A DNA stretch of 64,000 nucleotides from Candidatus Hydrogenedentota bacterium. GTDB taxonomy: Bacteria > Hydrogenedentota > Hydrogenedentia > Hydrogenedentales > SLHB01. Below, piece after piece: positions 18,573 through 27,877 of the stretch. Location: assembly GCA_963745075.1 (NCBI GenBank), contig CAVUWV010000018.1, positions 32,001 through 96,000 on the forward strand. The letters run 5' to 3'. The notes beneath the pieces were generated by a model. It was not told the DNA's origin. It ran no database searches and saw only the letters and a program-made list of their open reading frames with translations. Each line of letters begins with the position of its first letter. Within the stretch, counting starts at the first letter, position 1. The translations under genes and the position numbers were made by a program.

Positions 18573-19966
18573 CAGCGAAACCGCGCGTGGGGTTATTGCC
18601 CCTGTATCTCAAGCTTTACGACGACCGCATGCCTGAACTGCGCGCAGCCTTCGATCCGTTCCTTCAGGAGGTATCAGCGGGATTCGAGTCGCGTGGGGTT
18701 GCGGTACACCGGGCGGACGTGTGCCGCGTGGAGGACGAGGTTGCCGCCGCGTTGCGCGGTTTTGACGAGGCCGATGTCGATCTCATTGTTACGCTGCATC
18801 TGGCCTACTCGCCGTCCTTGGAGTCTGCGGATCGGCTGATCGCCTCCCCCCGTCCCCTGCTGTTGCTGGACACGACGATGGATTACGATTTCGGATCGGA
18901 CGTGGACCCGGCGCGGATCATGTACGACCACGGCGTGCATGGCGTGCAGGATCTCGCGTCGGTATTGCGGCGGTGCGGGCGGCCCTTCGAAATCGTCGCG
19001 GGGCACGTTTCGCAGTCGGAGGTGTTGGATCGCGCCAGCGGCATTGCGCGGGGCGCGTGCGCGGCGCGATTGTTGCGAACGATGCGGGCGCTCCGGATCG
19101 GGGAGACCTTCGCCGGGATGGGCGATTTCGCGATCGCCGATTCGTTGTTGGAAGCGTTGATCGGCGTGACCGTGGTGCAACGGGATCTTGCCGCGCTGGA
19201 AGCGGCGGCCACTGCGGTTACCAACGAGGCCATCGAACGGGAACTCGAGGAGGACCGGAATCGTTACGCAGTGAATGCGCCGGAGGACGTACACCGGCGA
19301 TCGGTTCGAGTCGGCCTGGCCTTACGGCAGTTGCTGGAGGCAGACGGATTCGGGAGTTTTACGTTCAACTTTGGCGCCTTCAACCGAAGCGAGGGTCCGG
19401 TGGATACGGTTCCGTTTCTCGAAGCGTCGAAAGCGATGGCACGCGGACTGGGCTACGCCGGCGAGGGCGATACGTTGACGGCGGCGTTTGTCGGGGCGCT
19501 GAACGGCGCGTTTGGACGCACGACGTTTACGGAAGTCTTCTGTCCGGATTGGAAAGGCAACGCGCTATTCCTGTCGCACATGGGCGAGGTAAATCCAGAA
19601 ACGGCAGCGGAAAAACCGCGGTTGTGCGAGAAGGAGTTGCCGTGGGCGGGCGCGTTGAATCCGGCGGCGTTGACGTGCGCGATTGCGCCGGGGCCGGCCA
19701 TATTGGCGAACCTTGCGCCGGGGCCGGACAACACGTTTACGCTGATACTCGGGCCGGTGGAGGTGTTGGGCGACGGGACGCACCCGGGGCTGAAGGATTG
19801 GATTCGAGGTTGGATTCGGCCGGTGTACTGCGAGGTCGCGGATTGGCTGGAGGCGTATTCGCGGCACGGCGGGACGCATCACAGCGCGTTGGTGTTGAAC
19901 GGCGACCTGGAGGCGCTGGCAGCGTTTGGACGGTTTGCGGGGATGGAGGTGGTGACGTTGGAGTGA
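18569..19966 (+). CDS. L-arabinose/L-fucose isomerase-family protein
   Basis: LAYSPSLES, HGVHGVQD, GYAGEGD, TTFTE, LSHMGE, GGTHHSAL. Confidence 0.8.
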   Translation: MTAKPRVGLLPLYLKLYDDRMPELRAAFDPFLQEVSAGFESRGVAVHRADVCRVEDEVAAALRGFDEADVDLIVTLHLAYSPSLESADRLIASPRPLLLLDTTMDYDFGSDVDPARIMYDHGVHGVQDLASVLRRCGRPFEIVAGHVSQSEVLDRASGIARGACAARLLRTMRALRIGETFAGMGDFAIADSLLEALIGVTVVQRDLAALEAAATAVTNEAIERELEEDRNRYAVNAPEDVHRRSVRVGLALRQLLEADGFGSFTFNFGAFNRSEGPVDTVPFLEASKAMARGLGYAGEGDTLTAAFVGALNGAFGRTTFTEVFCPDWKGNALFLSHMGEVNPETAAEKPRLCEKELPWAGALNPAALTCAIAPGPAILANLAPGPDNTFTLILGPVEVLGDGTHPGLKDWIRGWIRPVYCEVADWLEAYSRHGGTHHSALVLNGDLEALAAFGRFAGMEVVTLE

Positions 19967-19969
19967 AGA

Positions 19970-20074
19970 CCCCCTCCCCGGCCCTTCTCGTGACAGGGGA
20001 GGATTTCTGTCATTTGATAAAGTACGCAAGTTGATTTGGATGGTCGATTACGATTACGAGCACGATTACGAGAA
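19970..20074. repeat. CCCTCCCC..GGGGAGG palindrome followed by a CGATTA/CGAGCA hexamer array
   Basis: ccccctccccggcccttctcgtgacaggggagg; cgattacgattacgagcacgattacgag. Confidence 0.6.
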
Positions 20075-20092
20075 AGACGAGGATGAGAGCCA

Positions 20093-21124
20093 GTGTGGCG
20101 TGAGACGACGAAGTACGATCGCAACCGCGTGATCTTTGAGGAGGAGTTTGCGGCGTTTTTGCCGGAACGAATCCTGGACTTTCACGTGCATGTGTATAAC
20201 GAAGGGGTAGTGCCGGCGTTCGATCCGTTTCCGTGCGGGGGGCATCCGACGACGCGGTACGATTATGATGATCTCGCGCAGGATCTGGCGGAATGTTTTC
20301 CCGGGCGCGAGACGTATGCGGTGTGTTTCGGGCTGCCGATTGTCGGGTACGACCGCGTTCGGAATAACGACTATCTCGCGACGGCGAGCGATCGGAAGCG
20401 GTTCTTTCCGTTGCGGCTGGTCGATCCGCATGAGGATACGCCGGAAACCTTGCGGTACGACTTGGAGTCTGGCGCGTTCTATGGGTTGAAGCCTTATCCC
20501 GATTACGTGCGCAAGGAGAACGTAAATGAGGCAGAAATCCACGAAATGCTGCCGGCTTGGGCGATGGAGATCGCGAACGCGCAGGAACTGATCATCATGC
20601 TGCACATTCCGCGGAAAGGACGGCTGGCGGACCCGGTAAACCAGCGGCAGATCGTGGAACTGTGCGCAACCTATCCTCGGGCGAAAGTGGTGTTGGCGCA
20701 TATTGGACGCGCGTATTACCTGAAGAACGTGTTGGGGAATCTGCGAGAGTTGAAAGACATTCCGAATCTCTATTTCGATCTCGCCATGGTGAATCATTGG
20801 GAAGTGATGGAACATCTGTTTGAGAACGTTCCCGTCGAACGGATTCTGTACGGTTCCGATGTGCCGATTGCATTGGCGCCGGGAAAGTCGGTAGAGATCA
20901 ACGATCAGTACACGTATGTGACGCCCGTGCCGTGGTCTCTGTCGATTTCGGATAACCACGACAAGCTGGCGTTTACGAGTTTTCTGTACGAGGAGCTGCG
21001 GGCGATCCAACACGCGGTACGGCGGATGGATTTGGGCAGCGAGTTTGTGGAGGCGTTGTTTTTCGGGAGCGGGATGCGGTTGATCGAGTCGGTGAAGACG
21101 AATGAATCGGACGGATCGGTCTGA
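20093..21124 (+). CDS. Amidohydrolase-superfamily protein (start uncertain)
   Basis: DFHVH, GLKPY, MLHIP, LAHIGR, ILYGSDVP. Confidence 0.85.
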   Translation: MWRETTKYDRNRVIFEEEFAAFLPERILDFHVHVYNEGVVPAFDPFPCGGHPTTRYDYDDLAQDLAECFPGRETYAVCFGLPIVGYDRVRNNDYLATASDRKRFFPLRLVDPHEDTPETLRYDLESGAFYGLKPYPDYVRKENVNEAEIHEMLPAWAMEIANAQELIIMLHIPRKGRLADPVNQRQIVELCATYPRAKVVLAHIGRAYYLKNVLGNLRELKDIPNLYFDLAMVNHWEVMEHLFENVPVERILYGSDVPIALAPGKSVEINDQYTYVTPVPWSLSISDNHDKLAFTSFLYEELRAIQHAVRRMDLGSEFVEALFFGSGMRLIESVKTNESDGSV

Positions 21125-21169
21125 TCCGTCGGATCGGTTGGTAAACCGAGCCGGGTAGAAAGGAATTGC

Positions 21170-22321
21170 ATGGGGCGCACGTTACGAGTGGGAATGGTGG
21201 GTCACGGGTTTATGGGGAAGATGCACGGGCACGCGTACCGGTCGCTCGGGTTCTACTATGATCCGGCGCCTGCGAAGGTGGTCCTGGCGGGTGTGGCGAC
21301 CCAAAGTGAGGCGAGTTGGAAGCGCGCCGTCGACGAATGGGGCTACGAATTCGGCACGACGGACTTTCGCGAATTGTGCGCGCGGCCGGATATCGACATC
21401 ATCGATTGCTGCACGCCGAACTACCTGCACCGCGACGTGCTGCTTGCGGCGCTGGAGCACGGTAAACATGTATACATGGACAAACCGCTGTGCAACACGC
21501 TCGACGAAGCGCGCGAGATGGTCGCGGCGGCGGCAGCTCGTCCGGAATGCGTGACGCAAATGACGTTTCAGTATCGCTTCGTGCCCGCGATGTTGCGCGC
21601 GAAGGAGTTGATCGAGGCGGGCGCGCTGGGGCAGATCTTTTCCGGGCGCGTCTGTTATCTGCACGCGGGGTATGTAAATCCGAATCGACCGTTTTCGTGG
21701 CGGTTGGACGTGAGCAAAAGCGGCCGCGGGGGCGCACTGTTCGATCTGGGCGCGCATGTCGTGGATCTGACGCGTCATTTGCTTGGGGACTTCGATGAGG
21801 TGTTGCATCTCGGCGAGACGTTTATCAAGGAGCGCCCCGTGAAGGACGACCCGGCGAAGATGATGGCCGTAGATGTGGATGACGTATCGATTCTCACGTT
21901 TCGCTTGGCGAACGGCGCAGTGGGAACGCTGGAATCGTCGCGGCTGGCGACGGGCGTGCAGGACGAGGTGCGGTTCGAGGCCCACGGAAGCAAAGGCGGG
22001 ATTCGGTTCAATCTCATGCAGCCGAACTTTCTCGAGTATTACGACGGGACGGCGGCGGAAGGGCCGTACGGCGGCGACCGGGGCTTCAAGGCGATCGAAT
22101 GCGTCGCACGGTATCCGAAACCGTCGGCCTTGCCGGGTCCGAAGAATACGATTGGGTGGGAACGGTTCCACGTGCATTGCATGCGGAATTTTGTGTCGCA
22201 CGTCGTCGAGGGAAAGCCCGGGCAGCCGGATATTCTGGAAGGCGCCAAGACGCAGGCGGTGCTGGATGCAGCGCTGCGATCGAGCGATGGGAAGGGATGG
22301 GTAAAAGTCGAAGCGGTGTGA
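21170..22321 (+). CDS. Gfo/Idh/MocA-family oxidoreductase
   Basis: GHGFMGKMH, TPNYLH, GKHVYMDKP, GGALFDLGAHVVD. Confidence 0.92.
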   Translation: MGRTLRVGMVGHGFMGKMHGHAYRSLGFYYDPAPAKVVLAGVATQSEASWKRAVDEWGYEFGTTDFRELCARPDIDIIDCCTPNYLHRDVLLAALEHGKHVYMDKPLCNTLDEAREMVAAAAARPECVTQMTFQYRFVPAMLRAKELIEAGALGQIFSGRVCYLHAGYVNPNRPFSWRLDVSKSGRGGALFDLGAHVVDLTRHLLGDFDEVLHLGETFIKERPVKDDPAKMMAVDVDDVSILTFRLANGAVGTLESSRLATGVQDEVRFEAHGSKGGIRFNLMQPNFLEYYDGTAAEGPYGGDRGFKAIECVARYPKPSALPGPKNTIGWERFHVHCMRNFVSHVVEGKPGQPDILEGAKTQAVLDAALRSSDGKGWVKVEAV

Positions 22322-22412
22322 GGCGCGGGGAGTATGAAGAGCGATTACGATCACGAGCACAAATACGATTAGGAGGAAGAAACACCGGCGGTCTGTCGGA
22401 GCTCAGATCGAT

Positions 22413-23585
22413 CTAGTCAGGATAGGGAAGATCCAGGACTTTTCGGACTTCGCGGGCGAGGGCGGTGAGGCGGAATGGTTTTAGCAGGAACGACTCCACG
22501 CCGGCGTTGAGCAGTTCGCCGGTAAGGAGATCTTTCTCGAAACCTGTGCAGACGATGAACCGCATTTCGGGGTGGGACTTCTTCAGCAAGGGATGGGCAT
22601 CGGCGCCGGTCATCTCGGGCATGGCCATGTCGAGAAGGACGAGGTCGATGGGGTCTTCGTATTTTCGCGCGAGGTCAACGGCCTCTTTGCCGTTGTACGC
22701 GACGAGGGTGTTATAGCCGAGACGTTTGAGCGAGTCGACCATGGCATTGGCGATCATGGGTTCATCGTCGACGACCAGGATCGTTTCGCCACCCTTGGGC
22801 AGTTCTGACTCAGGGATGACCGGTTCGACTTCGTCGGGTACGGCCGGGAGGTAGACGCGAAAAACGGTGCCTTGGCGCGGAAAGCTGTTGACGGTCACGA
22901 AGCCGCAATTGTTCCGCACGACGCCGAAGACGTTGGCAAGACCTTTGCCTGCGTGACCCGGTTTGGTGGTGAATCCCGGCTGGAAGACCTTGCTGAGCAC
23001 GTCGTCACTCATGCCTTCCCCGTCGTCTTCGATGGTAATGAGGACGTAAGGTCCGGGTTCCAGGCCGGAACCCACGGGGATCGTTTCGGAATCCACCTGC
23101 ACGTTGTTGGTTCGGATCGTCACGCGTCCATGGCCGGGTACGGCCTCGACGGCATTCGTCGCGAGACTCAAGAGCACCTGGGCGATCTGGGTGTGGTTGA
23201 CGCGGACCTTCCACAGATCGGGATCCACATGGCGCACGATGCGGATTCGCGGCGCGAGCTGTGACTCTTCGATGAGCAGGAGGTGGTACACGATGGAGTT
23301 GACGTTGACCAATTCCAACCGGGTTCCTTCGCCTTGGGTGATGGCGAGGATTCGTTCGGTAAGACGGCCGGCAACTTCGGCGGAGATTTCGATCGCGTCC
23401 AACGCAACGACGGCGTCGCGGTCGCCTTCGAGTTTATGACGGAGCAGGGCGGTATTGCCGAGGACGGTTTCCATCAGATTATTAATGTCGTGGGCGACAC
23501 CACGGCCAACCATGGCGATCGCGTCAGGATGGCCGTCTTGTGCGGCTGGATCTTCCCCACGTTGTCCGGGGGTTTCTTCGGTCAT
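22413..23585 (-). CDS. Hybrid histidine kinase / response regulator without an input domain
   Basis: AHDINN (H box), TNAVEA, DDGEGM, FTTK, GKGL; REC domain VDDE, LLDMAMP, LKP. Confidence 0.9.
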   Translation of the reverse strand: MTEETPGQRGEDPAAQDGHPDAIAMVGRGVAHDINNLMETVLGNTALLRHKLEGDRDAVVALDAIEISAEVAGRLTERILAITQGEGTRLELVNVNSIVYHLLLIEESQLAPRIRIVRHVDPDLWKVRVNHTQIAQVLLSLATNAVEAVPGHGRVTIRTNNVQVDSETIPVGSGLEPGPYVLITIEDDGEGMSDDVLSKVFQPGFTTKPGHAGKGLANVFGVVRNNCGFVTVNSFPRQGTVFRVYLPAVPDEVEPVIPESELPKGGETILVVDDEPMIANAMVDSLKRLGYNTLVAYNGKEAVDLARKYEDPIDLVLLDMAMPEMTGADAHPLLKKSHPEMRFIVCTGFEKDLLTGELLNAGVESFLLKPFRLTALAREVRKVLDLPYPD

Positions 23586-23641
23586 CGGGGCACCGCTCGC
23601 ATGCCGTTACTCCAGACGATCAGGAAAACCAGACAATAAAA

Positions 23642-23717
23642 TGGCGCGCCCGAGACGATTCGAACGTCCGACCCCTTGCTCCGGAGGCAAGTGCTCTATC
23701 CGCTGAGCTACGGGCGC
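23642..23717 (-). tRNA. tRNA-Arg (anticodon CCG)
   Basis: GCGCCCG-TA-GCTCAGCGGATAGAGC-A-CTTGC CT CCG GA GCAAG-GGGTC-GGACG TTCGAAT CGTCT-CGGGCGC-G-CCA cloverleaf, 76 nt. Confidence 0.97.
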
Positions 23718-23870
23718 GCAGAGACATTAAGATTACTTCTCGGGTAGAAATCTTATCACAGAATGATACCGGTATTCCAAGTGTAATCGCGGGGAGGTTC
23801 TGTCAGTATGGGACTCCGATTGCTTGTGGAACAGGCGAATTGGCACGGGTGGCCGTTTTTGGAGCAGCTC

Positions 23871-24621
23871 ATGAATGAGTGGTTGATGGAGGTGGTCCGC
23901 GAGGCGGGTCAGATTGCGCGAGAGTATCAGGCGCGCGGATTCACGGTGAAGTACAAAGGGGACGGGTCGATTGTCACGTCGGCGGATCTGCACATCGATG
24001 AGTTTCTCACAGGTCGAATTCACGGGCGGTTTCCCGACGACGGGATTTTGACGGAAGAGAGCGTGGACGATCCGAAGCGATTGTCGTGGCGGCGGGTCTG
24101 GATCATCGATCCCATCGACGGGACGGCGGCGTTTGCGGACAAGCGGCCGGAGTACGGGATCCTGGTGGCGCTCTGCGTGGACGGTGAGGCGGTGGAAGCC
24201 GTCGCGCATTTCCCGCTGATGGGGGTGACCTTATATGCGAACGTCGAGCAGGGGGCCTTCGTAAACGGACGCAAGGTGCAGGTATCGCGCGTCTCGGGTA
24301 CGGGGCACAAAGTTGCGGCCGGGACGGGCCCCTTCGAGTCGCTGCACACAGCGTCCGACACCGATACGCAACAATGCGCTGGCCATGTTCCAAGTAATTG
24401 CGGGGGAAATCGAGGGTTGTTTGATTTCGTGTGGACCAAGCGCGGGCGAGCATGATTATGCATGGGCGAGTTGCGCGTTGCGTGCGGCGGGCGGCCGAAT
24501 CACGGACGGGCGGGGCGAGCCTCTGCGATACAACAAAGTCGATCGCCGGATGCCATCCGTCATTGTCGGGAGCAATGGGCTGGTCCATGACGAGTTGCTG
24601 CAACAGGCGAGCCGGGTATAG
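23871..24621 (+). CDS. Inositol monophosphatase / CysQ-family phosphatase; frameshift near 24360
   Basis: VTSAD, LTEES, WIIDPIDGT; C-terminus EHDYAWA..AAGGRITD..G.PLRYN lies in a second frame. Confidence 0.85.
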
Positions 24622-24748
24622 ACTCCGAATCGCGTCGTTGTGCGCTTTCAATCAATTTGGTGTACACTTTCGGCGCATTTATTTCGGTCGGCGGCGGATT
24701 GGGTTTTCCACTCGGCTTTTTTCGTGTCTTAGATCGAAGGTTCCATGA

Positions 24749-25477
24749 ATGGAAGTCGTTGTCGTAATTCCCACGTTTAACGAGCGTGACAATCTTGACC
24801 GGCTGTTGGGGCGCGTCCTCGATGAATTGCCCGAAGCAGCAGTACTCGTGGTGGACGATAACTCGCCGGACGGGACCGGGGAGATTGCGGACGAGTGGGC
24901 GCGCCGCGAACCGGAACGCGTCCGGGTGTTGCATCGCCCGGGCAAGGAAGGTCTGGGTGCGGCGTATGTGGCGGGATTCCAATTTGCTCTCGAGCGCTGG
25001 CCCGAAGTGGCTTTCTATTTTCAGATGGATGCGGACTTTTCTCACGACCCGCAGTATTTGCGGCCCATGCTGGACGCGGCGCGCGACGTGGACGTGGTGA
25101 TCGGGTCGCGCTATTACCAGGGTGTTCGCGTCGTCAATTGGCCGTTTCACCGCTTGTTGATCAGCAGGATGGGAACGCTCTATGCCCGGTTGATGACGGG
25201 GTTGCCGTGTACGGATTGCACGGGTGGATTCAAGTGTTTCCGGCGCGAAGTCTTGGAGAAGTTGGATTTGTCCGGCATCGATTCGAACGGGTATTGCTTT
25301 CAGATCGAGATAAACTACCGCGTCTGGAAGTTGGGCTTTCGGATGCGGGATTTTCCGATCACCTTTCTCGAACGCGAGCGCGGAACATCGAAGATGAGTC
25401 CGGGAATCGCCTTCGAAGCGATTCGGGTGGTAACACAGCTTGGCCTGGAACGTCTCATCGGTCGTCGATTATTGTGA
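24749..25477 (+). CDS. GT2 polyprenol-phosphate glycosyltransferase (DPM1/Ppm1-like)
   Basis: IPTFNE, VVDDNSPDGT, GLGAAY, MDADFSHDP, IGSRY, DCTGGFK, GYCFQIE, RERGTSKM. Confidence 0.92.
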   Translation: MEVVVVIPTFNERDNLDRLLGRVLDELPEAAVLVVDDNSPDGTGEIADEWARREPERVRVLHRPGKEGLGAAYVAGFQFALERWPEVAFYFQMDADFSHDPQYLRPMLDAARDVDVVIGSRYYQGVRVVNWPFHRLLISRMGTLYARLMTGLPCTDCTGGFKCFRREVLEKLDLSGIDSNGYCFQIEINYRVWKLGFRMRDFPITFLERERGTSKMSPGIAFEAIRVVTQLGLERLIGRRLL

Positions 25478-27847
25478 AGGCTTGCGCCGGGCCAATAATC
25501 GAATGCAGTAGGCGGAACTCCCCGCCAAGGCCAATGCCGAAATCCAGAGTCCGATTCGAAGACTTAACGGATCGTATTCATAGGTCACGGTGTGATCGCC
25601 TGCGGGGATGATGGCGCCGCGAAAAGCGTAGTAGACGGGAAACAGATCCAGCGGTGCGCCGTCGAGTGAGGCTTTCCACCCGGGGTAGTAGGCATCCGCC
25701 AACACCAGGACTGCGGGCGCTTGCGCCTTCACCGACACTTGGACGCGATTTGGCGTGTAGTCGATGACGTGGGCCTCCCCCACGTTGTTTGAAGGGGTTG
25801 CGGGCAGGGGTCCGGCGAGAGGGACCTCGGTGATGGCCGTTTCGGCGGGCCGGTAGTCGGGGTCGAGCATTCGGTCGAACAGGTCGTCGAGGTTGGTAAT
25901 AATCTGCAGCGCGCCGACGAGGAACGCGCGCGGCATGGCCCGGTGGTTTGCGTAGACGTCGAGTGCATCGCAGGTGGCGACCTTCTCGAGGGCGCCTTCG
26001 GCGACCAACTCGTTCAGCGGAAACACCGGCTCGTGTTTCGGATCGGTGGCGTAGAATCGAATGCTGCACACCGGTTCCATGACATCCCAGAGGTTGTAGC
26101 CCAATTCATTCTGGAAACGGAGTATTCTTTCGGGATAGATCCCGTCGTAGCCGAGCCACTCTTCGATGCCGTAGTTGCCCATACCTCCGCTGATGATGAA
26201 CGCTTCGGCGACGCCCACCCGGCAAGGTTGCGGTTGTGTCTTGAAAAACTGCGTCAATTGGGTTTCGGGGCAGATCCAGTCGCGCGGCAAGGTAGGGTTC
26301 AGTCCGCGGCACGCATAGAGGTAGTCCCCGACGAGCAGCAGGGTGAGGAGTGCCCACATCACGCGAGGACGGTACCAGAGGCAGGTGAGCACCATGATGA
26401 CGCAGGCGAGTGCTGCGAATACGGCGGCGGTCTCGACTTGCCGGAGGACATAGTCCAGGTGCCGGCCCATGGAGAGTACTGCGTAATTCCACCAAAGCAT
26501 ATACCCCACAAGGCTGGATGCGAGGACGAGCATGAGAGCGACCGGCCCGAGTTCTCGCAGCGATCTCGGCTTGGAAAACCAGCGATCAAATCCGATTGCG
26601 GCAACGAGGGGCAATGCGAAGTACGCGAAACAGATCTGGTAGATGGGCTGCGTTGAATTGAACACGGGCAGGCGGTTCAGCAACGCGACGAGCGGAAACT
26701 GATAGGCGAGCAGAATGCCCAGCAACGCGGCGATGGTCAGTCCGGCGACCCGGGCTCGATTGCGGGGGTCCAAACGCTTGCGGAACAGCGCGGCCACGGC
26801 GAGGGAGATTCCCACCCAGATCGTCGTGCCGAGATACTGGGCGGAGGCGAGGTTGGAGTTGACTTTGCCCGGGTCCCAGAAGTTACCTTCCGCAACGGTT
26901 CCGAAGAACCGTGCAACCCAGAAGGCGACCAACGCGGAGATCTGCATTTCATTCATTTCTTTCGTGCCGGTGGCGCGCTCCACTTGGGTATAGCTATGGA
27001 GGATGTATTCGACGAATGGAAGGATCTGGACCATGCACACCGCCAAGGCGAGTCCCCAAGCGGCACCGGTGAGGGTGATGGGACGCCAGAGCGCTGCGCC
27101 TCGCCGACGCTCCCACATGAGCCGGACGGCAAAGTAGACCCCTACTCCGAGACTCATGGTGAAGGCGCTCTCGGGGTGGCCCGCGAGGAGTGCGAGTGTG
27201 CCGCCAAAAGCCAGGGCAAAGAAGCCGCGCCGATGTTTGCCGGCAAGCAGGAGTTCCACGCCGAGCACCAGAACCGGCGCCCACGCGCTGACATCGGGCA
27301 GGGGCCACGAGGCCCAAAGAAGATTGTAGCTTCCGACCATCCACGCAGCGGAAAGCAGACGGGACGCGCCAATGCTCAGACCGATCGTCCGGGCGCAGAG
27401 ATAGGCGGTCGCGCCGCACAACCAGAGTTTCAGCAAGACCCAGATGCTCATGGCGGTGTCGATATCGAAGACGGCGCGCAGTAGATTGGGCGGATAAAAG
27501 ACGGCGCTCTGGGCGTTGGCCAGCAGGGGTACGCCGGCGTGTTCGAGCGGGTTCCACATGGGCCACTGGTGTAAGGCGAGTTCCCGCTTCGTAAGCAGGT
27601 AGTCGGGCCGGAATGCCGCAAGGGGGTCGAGTTTCAAAACGTTTCTTGGCGATTCGAAACTGGCGGGCGCGACGGCTTTCCACGGAGAGACGGCGAAGAG
27701 AATGTCCGCGGACGAGATGAGTTGGCCTTTCAAAAAGACGTTGGGAAATGCTGCGGCGAGAAGCAGGATCATGAGCACGCTATGAAGGGCGAATTCCCTC
27801 CACGTGAGCGGCGTCGCCGGGGAGTTGTTTTCGTTAACGGAGTTCAT
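25469..27847 (-). CDS. YfhO-family polytopic membrane protein (GT-C-like)
   Basis: PMWNP..AGVPLLANAQSAVFYPPN, LAGHP, many TM segments, C-terminal LADAYYPGWKA..DG..FRG..PAG.H. Confidence 0.85.
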   Translation of the reverse strand: MNSVNENNSPATPLTWREFALHSVLMILLLAAAFPNVFLKGQLISSADILFAVSPWKAVAPASFESPRNVLKLDPLAAFRPDYLLTKRELALHQWPMWNPLEHAGVPLLANAQSAVFYPPNLLRAVFDIDTAMSIWVLLKLWLCGATAYLCARTIGLSIGASRLLSAAWMVGSYNLLWASWPLPDVSAWAPVLVLGVELLLAGKHRRGFFALAFGGTLALLAGHPESAFTMSLGVGVYFAVRLMWERRRGAALWRPITLTGAAWGLALAVCMVQILPFVEYILHSYTQVERATGTKEMNEMQISALVAFWVARFFGTVAEGNFWDPGKVNSNLASAQYLGTTIWVGISLAVAALFRKRLDPRNRARVAGLTIAALLGILLAYQFPLVALLNRLPVFNSTQPIYQICFAYFALPLVAAIGFDRWFSKPRSLRELGPVALMLVLASSLVGYMLWWNYAVLSMGRHLDYVLRQVETAAVFAALACVIMVLTCLWYRPRVMWALLTLLLVGDYLYACRGLNPTLPRDWICPETQLTQFFKTQPQPCRVGVAEAFIISGGMGNYGIEEWLGYDGIYPERILRFQNELGYNLWDVMEPVCSIRFYATDPKHEPVFPLNELVAEGALEKVATCDALDVYANHRAMPRAFLVGALQIITNLDDLFDRMLDPDYRPAETAITEVPLAGPLPATPSNNVGEAHVIDYTPNRVQVSVKAQAPAVLVLADAYYPGWKASLDGAPLDLFPVYYAFRGAIIPAGDHTVTYEYDPLSLRIGLWISALALAGSSAYCIRLLARRKPSQ

Positions 27848-27877
27848 GTGGTTAAGCGGACGGCGTCGTGAGTTTCC

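Noticed and set aside
23642..23717. tRNA-Arg as an integration site for a genomic island
   Set aside because: No integrase and no duplicated tRNA 3' end were seen in the window.
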